A stretch of DNA of 64,000 bases from NCBI GenBank assembly GCA_037128935.1, contig JBAXVQ010000003.1, forward strand, positions 1,980 through 65,979, in the 5' to 3' direction. The position numbers and the translations under genes are program-made. Every line of letters starts with the position of its first letter. Position 1 is the stretch's first letter. Positions 44,772 to 54,097 of the stretch are shown in pieces. Origin of the DNA: a bacterium (lineage in GTDB: Bacteria; Patescibacteriota; CG2-30-54-11; JBAXVQ01). Under the pieces are notes generated by a model. It worked only from the letters and a program-made list of their open reading frames with translations, was not told the origin of the DNA and did not search any database.

Positions 44772-45033
44772 ACGTGTATATCCTTTTCCCTATTTTCCAA
44801 CATGGAAAAAAAGAATGCAAGAGGTGAAATGAAATCAGAAAGAAGTAGCTTCATGCTAAGGCAATACAGCTATGAGATCAACCGCCAGAAAATAAATCAT
44901 GATAAAAAAAATACTTTGCCAAATTTTTATCATCAACATGGACAACTGAAACAAGATTTTTACCTTCCCATTAGCATTGTCACCCGTAAATCAGTATACT
45001 AATTGCGTTATTGTGAATAATGGAGCCTTTTTC

Positions 45034-46059
45034 ATGGCAAAAATGTACTATGAGCAAGACGCCGACCAGCAAGCGCTAACAGGCAAAACAATCGCCGTTT
45101 TCGGATACGGTAGCCAGGGTCACGCCCAGGCAAATAATTTCCGTGACAGTGGACTCAAGGTGATCATCGGTCTTCGTCCAGGCGGTGCTTCTGCAAAGAA
45201 AGCCACCGAAGATGGCTTCGAAGTACTCGATTTCCCAGAAGCAGCAGCCAAAGCTGATCTCATCCACATCCTCCTTCCTGACGAACTCCACGTTGATGTA
45301 TTTAACCGCATCAAACAGTCCATCACTCCAGGAAAGATACTCAGCTGTAGCCACGGTTTAAACTTTCATTTCGGATTGATTACGCCACCAGAAGGTGTGG
45401 ATGTGATCATGATGGCTCCGAAAGCGCCTGGCCCAACAGTGCGTCGTGAATACATCAACGGATTCGGCGTTCCCGCCCTCGTTGCTGCTCACACGGACTC
45501 TTCAGGAAAAGCACTTTCCTACGCCCTCGCCCTCGCCAAAGCCAACGGCTCAACCAAAGTAGGTTGCTTTGAAACCACCTTCAAAGACGAAACCGAAACC
45601 GACCTTTTTGGTGAACAGACAGTTCTTTGCGGTGGCGCAGCATACATGATCAAAGCAGGATTCGAAACGCTCGTTGAAGCTGGCTACCCAGAAGAAATGG
45701 CCTACTTCGAATGCGTTCACGAGCTCAAGCTTATCGTTGACCTTATTTACCGCGGCGGCATCTATGGCATGTCCAAGAAAATCTCCAACACTGCGAAATG
45801 GGGACAATTCACCATCGGGCCAACCGTGATCACTGCTGAATCCAAAAAAGGCATGAAAGAAGCGCTCAGAAAGATCCAAGACAAAGAGTTTGTCAAAGGC
45901 TGGATCGAAGAGGAATACCGCCAGAAAAACCTCAGCACGCTCAACCATTTCATGGAAGACTGCCACGAATGGCCAGTAGAAAAAGTAGGCCGCCAGATTC
46001 GTAAAGTTGCTGGATTGGAAGAAGTGGAGACTGGGGAAGAGGATAAGAATAAGAAGTAG
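45034..46059 (+). CDS. ilvC: Ketol-acid reductoisomerase
   Basis: GYGSQGHAQANNFRDSG Rossmann motif, and the class I KARI layout. Start at ATG 45034 (MAKMYYEQD). Confidence 0.95.
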   Translation: MAKMYYEQDADQQALTGKTIAVFGYGSQGHAQANNFRDSGLKVIIGLRPGGASAKKATEDGFEVLDFPEAAAKADLIHILLPDELHVDVFNRIKQSITPGKILSCSHGLNFHFGLITPPEGVDVIMMAPKAPGPTVRREYINGFGVPALVAAHTDSSGKALSYALALAKANGSTKVGCFETTFKDETETDLFGEQTVLCGGAAYMIKAGFETLVEAGYPEEMAYFECVHELKLIVDLIYRGGIYGMSKKISNTAKWGQFTIGPTVITAESKKGMKEALRKIQDKEFVKGWIEEEYRQKNLSTLNHFMEDCHEWPVEKVGRQIRKVAGLEEVETGEEDKNKK

Positions 46060-46084
46060 CATTATTTTTTCAATTTGTTTCATA

Positions 46085-46114
46085 AAAAAAGACCGCCTTG
46101 TGCGGTCTTTTTTG
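46085..46114. terminator. Intrinsic terminator downstream of ilvC (A-tract/T-tract, potentially bidirectional)
   Basis: AAAAAA-GACCGC-CTTGT-GCGGTC-TTTTTT. Confidence 0.8.
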
Positions 46115-46214
46115 TTGTGGAAAGCTTGTTGTAACCATATATAATCACAAGCATTTGTAAGGGAAAATGTAAGGATGCGTTGATTTTAAGTTGACAAAAT
46201 TTAATGAGTGATTC

Positions 46215-46664
46215 ATGATGAAGAACATTTGTAATGAAGGAAAATGCAAGATGGATAAGGATATTTATGGTTTGATTAGTCCACAGAAACCAGCTCAGAG
46301 GGATAAATTAACTCAACTTCTTGAAAGTGGATTGTTTTGTACGGATATTTGTGGAGGAAGTTGCTGTAACTATCTTAGACTTTTTGCTTTTACTGATGAA
46401 GAAGTGAAAAGGAATGCTGCATTGAAGGAAGGTATGGATCGAGTTGTGCGAGAAGGCGAGGTCGTCTATCAGACAAGAAGAAATAGAGATAACGGAAGAG
46501 TTTCCGGCTGCCCAGCTTTAAGAGGTGCTCTTTGTAGTATTTATAGTTCTAGGCCAGGGGTGTGCAGTCAATTTCCTGCTGGAAATCCTTTTTGTGTAGA
46601 ACTACTGACGGTTACAAACCAATTGCAAAGAGTTGAAAAAGAGATAAGAAAAAGAATAGGGTAA
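46215..46664 (+). CDS. YkgJ-family cysteine-cluster (zinc/iron-chelating) protein
   Basis: CTDICGGSCCNY and GCPAL...CSIYSSRPGVCSQFP cysteine clusters. Confidence 0.6.
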   Translation: MMKNICNEGKCKMDKDIYGLISPQKPAQRDKLTQLLESGLFCTDICGGSCCNYLRLFAFTDEEVKRNAALKEGMDRVVREGEVVYQTRRNRDNGRVSGCPALRGALCSIYSSRPGVCSQFPAGNPFCVELLTVTNQLQRVEKEIRKRIG

Positions 46665-46698
46665 TAATTCAATTTATATCAGTTAATGGATTGCTAAT

Positions 46699-47178
46699 TC
46701 ACGCTGTTGCAGCTTTCTTCTCTGTCTCCTCTCTCCTCCCCACCTCAAAATACGTAATCACCCTATCCATCTTGCTCCACTTCTCATGATACTTACTTCT
46801 CGGAAACCAGTCAGGAATCGCTTTTTCGGTTACTGCAAAACCATCTTTTCCTAGAAATGTTTTTTGCGCGTTTTCAAGAGCGAAGGCGTAGATTTCTCGA
46901 TTGTCGCTGATGAAGTGGATCTTTCCTTGCTCGGTCAGCTTTTTCCTACACATTTTGAAAAACGTGGGAGTAAACACCCGTCTTTTATGATGCCGTTTTT
47001 TATGCCAAGGATCGGGGAAGTTGATAAAAAGATGATCGAGAGAGGTGTTGGAAATCAAATGCTCAAGAACAGTGATGCCATTTGCTTGGATAAACTTAGC
47101 ATTGGAAATACCCTCAGCAGTTGCCTTCCTGCTGCCCTTGCTACAAAACTCTTTAAACAACTCACAACCGACAACCAC
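46699..47178 (-). CDS. trmB: tRNA (guanine46-N7)-methyltransferase; the ORF as called lacks its N-terminal SAM motif (see finding)
   Basis: FINFPDPWHKKRHHKRR motif. The same frame stays open upstream to 47345 and encodes LPNIPYLFDFRRLGFESAAFDFGCGNGRFTLAFA (motif I), but it has no ATG/GTG/TTG there. Confidence 0.8.
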   Translation of the reverse strand: MVVGCELFKEFCSKGSRKATAEGISNAKFIQANGITVLEHLISNTSLDHLFINFPDPWHKKRHHKRRVFTPTFFKMCRKKLTEQGKIHFISDNREIYAFALENAQKTFLGKDGFAVTEKAIPDWFPRSKYHEKWSKMDRVITYFEVGRREETEKKAATA

Positions 47179-47300
47179 AGTCTTCGAATTCTCTTTTGCA
47201 AAAGCTAAGGTAAATCGCCCGTTCCCACAACCAAAATCAAAAGCAGCAGATTCGAATCCAAGCCTACGAAAATCAAAGAGGTAAGGAATGTTCGGTAGCT

Positions 47301-48287
47301 CTACGTTGGCGTCCAGAAAATTTTTTTTTTGTATGGCGTAGTCTTTTGTTTAAAAACAAAAGCTGAAAGATGCAGTTTTTTCTTAATCGCAAAAAGAAAT
47401 TTTTTCATAAAAGGTTTACCAGTAGATTTACGCTGTTGAAGAGGGCTGTGTTCAAAAAACGCCAGCACATTCCTGATCGCATCAGGTTTCTCCAATAGTG
47501 TAGCATGACCACAATCCGGAAGCAGCATCGACGTAGCCTTTTCGCCATAGTGTCTAGCTATATTGAGAAAATCGCTTTGGTGGGAGAGAGCATCATGATC
47601 ACCTCGAATATTAATCACCCTAAAATTAATTTCATCTGTTGGGATAGAGATTACTTCCTCACTTCTGAAAAGCTCACGACAGGAGCGAATTTGCTCTATA
47701 TTCGCATGATTAAAAGCAGCGTAGGCTTCATCAAAATGCTCATCACTTTTCTCAGGATAAAACCAAAACATTTTAACAAATGATTTATACAGTGCAGTTT
47801 CCTGAAACTTTTTCAAAAGATCTTCAGAAGCAATTCCCGCTGCTGTTGTGGAAACCTGAAAAAGCATTCTTCGGATTCTATCGGGAACTAGGTAAAACCC
47901 GCCAATGATTACCATGTGTTTTACAATATACCCATCTTGTTCCATGAGGTAAGCTAGTTTTTGCCCAACGATAGATCCTAGGCTATGCCCAACAACAATA
48001 ATTTCGGCAGTTTTGTTAATAAGTTTTTCCTGTCGTACAAACAAGAGCGCTGTATTCACCAGATCATCAGTGGTGACTTTCTCAAGAGTTGAAGATTTTC
48101 CATGTCCCAGCATGTCAAGAGCAATAACTGTATTTCCTCGCTTTTCCAAATCCGGAATTAGCATTGAGAAACCGCTTTGATACGTTCCAAACAAGCCATG
48201 AAGAAGAATATATATTTTTCCATTCCTCTTTCCCTGACTTGTATACACATTTAAAAACTGATCACCAAAATGAAAAAGTTGTTCCAT
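47301..48287 (-). CDS. Alpha/beta-fold hydrolase
   Basis: HGLFG oxyanion region, nucleophile elbow GHSLGS, C-terminal CGHATLLEKP. The last ~35 aa (MKKFLFAIKKK...) look non-homologous. Confidence 0.8.
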   Translation of the reverse strand: MEQLFHFGDQFLNVYTSQGKRNGKIYILLHGLFGTYQSGFSMLIPDLEKRGNTVIALDMLGHGKSSTLEKVTTDDLVNTALLFVRQEKLINKTAEIIVVGHSLGSIVGQKLAYLMEQDGYIVKHMVIIGGFYLVPDRIRRMLFQVSTTAAGIASEDLLKKFQETALYKSFVKMFWFYPEKSDEHFDEAYAAFNHANIEQIRSCRELFRSEEVISIPTDEINFRVINIRGDHDALSHQSDFLNIARHYGEKATSMLLPDCGHATLLEKPDAIRNVLAFFEHSPLQQRKSTGKPFMKKFLFAIKKKLHLSAFVFKQKTTPYKKKIFWTPT

Positions 48288-48458
48288 ACTGCCCTACGTT
48301 CTTATTGAGCAATGAAGTGTATCATACTATAAGACGTTTTTCAAGATTATTTATTTCAGAAAATAGAGAATAGAAGTAGATAAGGGAAAGGTGTAAGAAG
48401 TGATTTAACTCGAGAAAGATGACAAATAGTAGAAAGAAAAGACAGGTTGGGTAATTTA

Positions 48459-50216
48459 TTATTCCACAACTAAAACCAGTGTTTCCTGAAGTGATGTCGT
48501 TGGATCACCAGTAAGTAATAAGTACGATTCTTTTGCATTGGTCAGGGCTTCTCTGATAACAGAATCAACCATATCATAGCCAAAATGAATACCTGTATCT
48601 AATTCAAGACCTTTAGATAGGGAAGATTTCTGAAATTCTTTCCCTTTGAGATGCGCAAGCGCAAGCACGGAAGGTGTTTTCGCAATCAGCGAAGTTAACT
48701 GCTCGTTCGAAGCCAAGTTTGTAGCCTTTTTCTTCTGGAGATACGACTCCATCCCACTCTGCGAAGAAAACCAAACAAACGTTGCATCAATAATTCCCCA
48801 CGATGGTGACCAATCCAACTCACCTTCTCCAGTTGCAGCCTTCGCAGTAATCAAAGGGACAGCACTTTCCTCATCGCTAAACTCATTAAGATTCCAAGCG
48901 TAGTGGTCTTTAGTTACCGTGTAAGAATATCCCTCAGTAGTGGCTTGGAAAAGCTGGTAGGCAATGGTATTTATTTTTCCCTTATGTGGAGGTTTCAGAA
49001 AGTGATCAAAATCCACACCTTGTGCCATCACATCCTCAATTTTTTTTACAGCAAGTTGCGCTGTAGTCACACTTGAAATTTTACTCACAAAACCAAATGA
49101 ATTTGCAGCTGTCACCAAAACAGTTTCTTTTCCACCTAAAAGCTGAAAATCTTCTGGTGAAAGGTGTAGAGTTTGCTTGGTATTAAACACAAACTGGTCA
49201 CGTGGTTGGGCAAACGGTAAGGAAATTGGTTGAAGAGAGTTAGAAAGCATGGCGTTGATTGCTGGTAGTAGGTAAGTGCCCGTCAAGGCTTCATCTGGAA
49301 GTGCTGCAAGAAGCGAAGGAGAAAAGGACTCTCCACTTCCAGCAAGTTGCAGATTTTTGCTTTGCAAGTGTTGCTTGTTTCCCTGAATAGCATAGGAAAG
49401 CGTAATGACATTGTTTTTTGCAGTTAAAGAGCCAGAAATATGGTCAACCAGTGTTTCTTCATCGCTCTGGTTTGGCGAACGAAAGTAAAATCGTCCAGCA
49501 CTTGAACTGTCGCCTTTTAACAGATCCGGAGCAATAGACGGGCTTTGACCATCAACCGTTGCAATAATTTTCTGCATTGGATTATTATTTTCTCCAAGTG
49601 TCAGCACGAGGAAATTTTGTACCAAAGCAATATTAATCTGGAGTGGTTTTTGGTCAGCTAGAGCTTCTGCTGCAAGATCCCCTTCTACTCCGGTTGGCAT
49701 ATTATCATTTACTTCGATTTGTGTAACGGTATAGCTGCCAATAGTTTTTTCCGTAAACTTTGCCCCAATATTTGCCAGAAAGCGCTCAAGAAATCTTCTT
49801 GTCCGAGGGATATTAGTTGTTTCCAAAAGTAGTGCAGTTTCGGTCGGATCACCCTGTAGATCAAGAACGGTTACACCCACATCTTTCCCAATCCAAGGCA
49901 GAACATCTTTCTGAATATCAATAATATTATTTCTCTGTTGAAGAAAACCACCAGCCAAGGATGAGATCATTGAATATGTCGGAAGCGTTTCTAACAGCTT
50001 TTGAAAACTACCCAGATCAAGATTTCGCAAATCGGCAGCAACAACGAGAGCACTGTCTTGAGGAATTACTTCAACTATCGATTTATTGCGAATATTCAAG
50101 TGGGTCAGTGGAAACGCCCCCAACACGGGCAAATCTTCAAACAACATCCACAACCCACCCACTGCGAGCAGAACAAACAGAACAGAAACAGAAATTGTGA
50201 TAGAGAGGCGTTTCAT
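48459..50216 (-). CDS. Hypothetical membrane-anchored extracytoplasmic protein (possibly DUF3352-like)
   Basis: 585 aa with an N-terminal TM anchor. The start overlaps the pheA stop by 4 nt. The family call is from memory only. Confidence 0.35.
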   Translation of the reverse strand: MKRLSITISVSVLFVLLAVGGLWMLFEDLPVLGAFPLTHLNIRNKSIVEVIPQDSALVVAADLRNLDLGSFQKLLETLPTYSMISSLAGGFLQQRNNIIDIQKDVLPWIGKDVGVTVLDLQGDPTETALLLETTNIPRTRRFLERFLANIGAKFTEKTIGSYTVTQIEVNDNMPTGVEGDLAAEALADQKPLQINIALVQNFLVLTLGENNNPMQKIIATVDGQSPSIAPDLLKGDSSSAGRFYFRSPNQSDEETLVDHISGSLTAKNNVITLSYAIQGNKQHLQSKNLQLAGSGESFSPSLLAALPDEALTGTYLLPAINAMLSNSLQPISLPFAQPRDQFVFNTKQTLHLSPEDFQLLGGKETVLVTAANSFGFVSKISSVTTAQLAVKKIEDVMAQGVDFDHFLKPPHKGKINTIAYQLFQATTEGYSYTVTKDHYAWNLNEFSDEESAVPLITAKAATGEGELDWSPSWGIIDATFVWFSSQSGMESYLQKKKATNLASNEQLTSLIAKTPSVLALAHLKGKEFQKSSLSKGLELDTGIHFGYDMVDSVIREALTNAKESYLLLTGDPTTSLQETLVLVVE

Positions 50217-51034
50217 TGCAGTGCTTCCGGGTAAGACCCTAATAATTTAACCGAGTTATGTTTTTTAATGCTGTTCAAAGCTTGCTGCACTGATTCATGC
50301 AGTTGATGACCTTCAATATCAATAAAGAAATGATACTGTCCCAGTTTTCCTTTTGTTGGCCTCGACATGATTGAGGTCATATTAATTTTGCGATCAGCAA
50401 AGGCTGAAAGAATATCTCTCAACGATCCCGGCTTGTCTTGAACGCCTATCAATAACGAGGTTTTATAAAAAACTGCAGGTTGCAACTCAGGAACGGCTTT
50501 GTTTGCCACAACAATAAATCGGGTTTTGTTATTTGGGAAGTCCTGAATACTTTCCTTCAACACCTTGAGTCCAAAAGTTTCCGCTGCATGAATAGGAATG
50601 ATTGCCGCAGAGTCTGGATCAGCTGACGCCTTTTCCGCAGAAATAATATTGCTTTCAGTATTGATGATAAGCAAGACAGCAAGGTCTTCCAAGAAATTTT
50701 TACATTGTTGATGCGTAGAGAATTGCACGTACACTTTTTTTATTTTGGAAAGTGCTACGTGTTTACTGGCTAGGCAATGATTTACTGGAATAATCAGTTC
50801 ATCAATCACAACAGCTTTGTGAAGTTCAAGAAAATCCAATGTTGGTCCAATAAACCCATCGATCAGGTTTTCCACCGGAGCTACAGAGATCGTTTCGTTA
50901 TTAACGGCCAACAGCGATTTTGTGATAGAAGAAAAGTAGAGTTTGCTCAGCTGTTTCTGTGTACGCTGCAAATACAAGTCAGCTGCCATGTCAGTAAACG
51001 TTCCAGCTGGACCAAGTACGGAAAGATATCGCAT
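50213..51034 (-). CDS. pheA: Prephenate dehydratase (PDT + ACT domains, no chorismate mutase domain)
   Basis: 273 aa. NKTRFIV (TRF motif) and the ACT-region SRPTKGKLGQYHFFIDIEGH. Confidence 0.85.
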   Translation of the reverse strand: MRYLSVLGPAGTFTDMAADLYLQRTQKQLSKLYFSSITKSLLAVNNETISVAPVENLIDGFIGPTLDFLELHKAVVIDELIIPVNHCLASKHVALSKIKKVYVQFSTHQQCKNFLEDLAVLLIINTESNIISAEKASADPDSAAIIPIHAAETFGLKVLKESIQDFPNNKTRFIVVANKAVPELQPAVFYKTSLLIGVQDKPGSLRDILSAFADRKINMTSIMSRPTKGKLGQYHFFIDIEGHQLHESVQQALNSIKKHNSVKLLGSYPEALQ

Positions 51035-51087
51035 AAGAAGTGATTCTCGTAGAATGGTTCTATTATACCTTGAAAAACAGTCGAAAG

Positions 51088-51981
51088 TTATTCCTCGAGA
51101 AGTGAATACATTGCATTAGTTTTTTCAACGATGTCATCATCAGTTTTAACAGCCTTCTGAATCGATTCAAGGTTCTTTTTCAATTTCTTTTCTTCACCCT
51201 GAACTATAAACTCTTTCAATGTTTCAGCATCTTCAAGAAAGTGGGAAAGCACTTCCGGCACCTGCGGATTATATAGCTGAATCTCGGCATATAAAGCCGG
51301 ATCAAAAGAAACCACTCTATCAAGAAGGCTTTTTACAAGTGTGTAAAACGTTGTTTTTTTATCCTCATACTCTGCAAATTTCCATTTCCGCTCGCTCAAT
51401 GTTTTTCCCAATGCCAGAAAGAGGAAATGCGCCAAACCCTGCATCACAGCCATCATGTGATCATGTTCCTTTGCCGTCATGATGGAAACCTTGGCTTTAT
51501 CGTCTTCAAACATCGCCACCACTTCCTGCAGCTTTTCCCGTGCAATACGTTCGGGAACGAGGATCACATTCTTGTTTTCCAACGTTAGCGTTGGAGAAAA
51601 CAACGGATGCATCCCGAGAATTTCCACCTCTTCCGATACTGAGTTAAGCATCGCTTCTACAGGCCGTTGTTTAACCGAAGTAACGTCGGTTATCAATTGT
51701 CCAGCTCGAAGCAGAGGACCGACCTTCTGAATGCACACCTCCGTTAGCGCTATCGGAACGGAAAACATAATAACATCAGCTGACTGCACAGCTTGGAGAG
51801 CTTCTTTAGAAAGTTTTTTCGTCCCATCGCCCTGGAAATAAGAAAAACGCTTGTTCTGCATCAACTCTTTTGCTGGTTGAGAGCGACTGATACCAATAAC
51901 ATTTTTCCCATGGCGCAGAAAAAACTCCGCCATAAAGCGACCAAATTGACCGGAAACGCCGAAGATGAGCCATGTTTGCAT
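51088..51981 (-). CDS. tyrA: Prephenate/arogenate dehydrogenase (no chorismate mutase domain)
   Basis: 297 aa. N-terminal Rossmann GVSGQFG, catalytic-region GMHPLF, HDHMMAVMQGLAHF. Confidence 0.75.
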   Translation of the reverse strand: MQTWLIFGVSGQFGRFMAEFFLRHGKNVIGISRSQPAKELMQNKRFSYFQGDGTKKLSKEALQAVQSADVIMFSVPIALTEVCIQKVGPLLRAGQLITDVTSVKQRPVEAMLNSVSEEVEILGMHPLFSPTLTLENKNVILVPERIAREKLQEVVAMFEDDKAKVSIMTAKEHDHMMAVMQGLAHFLFLALGKTLSERKWKFAEYEDKKTTFYTLVKSLLDRVVSFDPALYAEIQLYNPQVPEVLSHFLEDAETLKEFIVQGEEKKLKKNLESIQKAVKTDDDIVEKTNAMYSLLEE

Positions 51982-51996
51982 AAGGTATTTTTTCAG

Positions 51997-53298
51997 TTAA
52001 ATAGGTGACTGCCAGACAAAAGTCTTTGCAATTTCAAGTGCTTGGGCACTACAAAGAGCTTTTTTGTCTTCAGGTACATCCTCGAGGTTGAGAATTAGCG
52101 TTGGCGATGAAGCCAAGTGACTGTTAAAGAAAATTGGGTAATATAGCTCACTTGTTAGTTGGTTGTTTGTAAAACGTCTTTCCAGTTGAATTTCCGATCC
52201 GGTAGTAGTTTGAACAGGTTCGAGAAGAGGCTCTGATACACTCACGGTTCTTTGTAGCTGGTAGTTAAGAGAGCATTCAGGAATTTCTTTGAGACGCAAG
52301 TATTGGTAATAAGATTGAGGATCTGTGTTACCACTATCCACCATTTTCCACGTATATGTAGCAAAAGTGAAAGAGTAAGAAAGAGGAGGATCACCGTGAA
52401 TTTGCTGAACAGTTCGCATCTTATCGACTGGCGCATGAATATCAAATCCAACCCAGATGTGGGCTGCACCAATAGGATCAGCTGTTTCAGGAACAGACTC
52501 CATCCAGTACTTTCCCGCTGCTAAGGTAATATCTTCTCGAAATTTACCTACTGGAGCACCGTACGGTATTGTAAAAGGGATAGTAAATGTTGCAAGCTCT
52601 CCTAGAGAACCAGAAAGCACAGAAAGTTGATCAAATGTTCCAACTTTTGTTCCATGCCAAGACTTGTAAGCAAACTCACTGGTACCAAAAGATTGATTTT
52701 GGGGGTCATCTTTTCCTGACCAAGAGCTTTTTACATTTGGATCTTTATATATAGCAATATAAACATCAGAATTTTCGCCAAATCCGGCCATCCATTCTCT
52801 GATTCCTCGGTTTCTAAATTGAATTTTCACTAAAATAGTGTCTCCAGGAAATACATCAAAATATTGATCTTCTGTTGCTGCCTGAGTTTGAGTGATCCAT
52901 TGTGCTTTGAAATCCCTTGCCCAAAAGTTTTTCAGTGATTTATTGTTGTTAGGCATAACTGGAATATGAGTGGGGAGGGGAGTTCCTGAAGAAACAGGGC
53001 TTGGAGTATACGTAGGAGTTTTTATGTAAGGCGTATAGGATCTAACTGCAGTGTTTGAGGGAACAGCGATAGGAGTTTTTGTGAACGGAGTATGAGAAAT
53101 AACTGGAGTATTTGAGGGGGTAGCGGTGGCAGTGTGTTGCGACCATTCTAGAGGCAGCACTCGTGGTCGCTTATCTTGCAAAGTAACGGCTGGAGGATCT
53201 ATGGGGTAAGTCTTTGCTTGTGTCGAAGTAGTAGACTTCACTTTTATAAAAGAAAAACTTAATAACAACACAACCGCAACTAAGGCTAATTCACCCAT
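51997..53298 (-). CDS. Hypothetical membrane-anchored surface protein with Pro/Thr-rich repeats
   Basis: Start placed at ATG 53298 (MGELALVAVVLLLSF...). TM anchor, two 19-aa repeats, then a ~330 aa globular region. Confidence 0.5.
   Translation of the reverse strand: MGELALVAVVLLLSFSFIKVKSTTSTQAKTYPIDPPAVTLQDKRPRVLPLEWSQHTATATPSNTPVISHTPFTKTPIAVPSNTAVRSYTPYIKTPTYTPSPVSSGTPLPTHIPVMPNNNKSLKNFWARDFKAQWITQTQAATEDQYFDVFPGDTILVKIQFRNRGIREWMAGFGENSDVYIAIYKDPNVKSSWSGKDDPQNQSFGTSEFAYKSWHGTKVGTFDQLSVLSGSLGELATFTIPFTIPYGAPVGKFREDITLAAGKYWMESVPETADPIGAAHIWVGFDIHAPVDKMRTVQQIHGDPPLSYSFTFATYTWKMVDSGNTDPQSYYQYLRLKEIPECSLNYQLQRTVSVSEPLLEPVQTTTGSEIQLERRFTNNQLTSELYYPIFFNSHLASSPTLILNLEDVPEDKKALCSAQALEIAKTFVWQSPI
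53014..53127. repeat. Two tandem 57-nt coding repeats
   Basis: AGGAGTTTTTATGTAAGGCGTATAGGATCTAACTGCAGTGTTTGAGGGAACAGCGAT versus AGGAGTTTTTGTGAACGGAGTATGAGAAATAACTGGAGTATTTGAGGGGGTAGCGGT. They encode PSNT.V.S.TP..KTP units. Confidence 0.75.
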
Positions 53299-53989
53299 TG
53301 ATTTCTCCTTTTCCAAACGGATTCGTGAAAAGATGTTGTCGTCTATAATGACGCCACTCAATCCAATCCACATACGTACTGTAGTTTACCGGTTTTTTTA
53401 TAGCTTGTGAACGAAGAGCCTGAGTTTTCTTTTCATCACAGTAAGGCGTTATGAGGGCAAGATCGTCGTTGTGCCGTATAGACTGGTAGAAAGATGCATT
53501 ATGGGAAAGCCACTCAACCGATACAAGTGGAAGTAAGATCTTTCCAATCTCGATACTATTCCCGTGAAACACCTCTTTTGGATGAGGATTGAGGTATCGA
53601 TTAGTATACACATAATCAATGCCATCATCTTCAGCAATTACTTCAAAGATGCCAAATTCAACATCGTAATCTCGGTCATATAGCGCGTAGTGATGATTTT
53701 CTACCGGAGAATGGTTATCGGTTGTTTGTAATCCTAGATAAGCACTATCAATAAAACGATAGTGCTTTTGCGCCAGCAAAGTTGGAATGATACGTTCGAT
53801 TCCATCAGAAGAAATGAGGACATCGATATCGCCGTGGTTACGAAAACAGCTCTCAGGATTTTGCTTAGTTTTCGATGAGATATACAGTCTAAGTGCGACA
53901 CCTCCAGTAAAGAAATATAATTCAGGAATCAATACATTAACCAACGCTGAAAAGCGGGAAATAGCCGGGAAAATTGATTTCTTTTCCAT
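53291..53989 (-). CDS. Nucleotidyltransferase-fold protein (ANT(2'')/Lnu-like family)
   Basis: GGVALRLY ... HGDIDVLI matches the GG.A...(x)n...DIDxxx pol-beta NTase signature. Start placed at ATG 53989 (MEKKSIF). Confidence 0.45.
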   Translation of the reverse strand: MEKKSIFPAISRFSALVNVLIPELYFFTGGVALRLYISSKTKQNPESCFRNHGDIDVLISSDGIERIIPTLLAQKHYRFIDSAYLGLQTTDNHSPVENHHYALYDRDYDVEFGIFEVIAEDDGIDYVYTNRYLNPHPKEVFHGNSIEIGKILLPLVSVEWLSHNASFYQSIRHNDDLALITPYCDEKKTQALRSQAIKKPVNYSTYVDWIEWRHYRRQHLFTNPFGKGEING

Positions 53990-54097
53990 ATAAATACACT
54001 CACCCCGTCTTAGCAATTTTACTGTGCTAGTGTACTATAGAGTAAGTTAATTTGCCCTTAGGCTGCAAACAATTTGTGGAGTAGCAGGATATTCACC

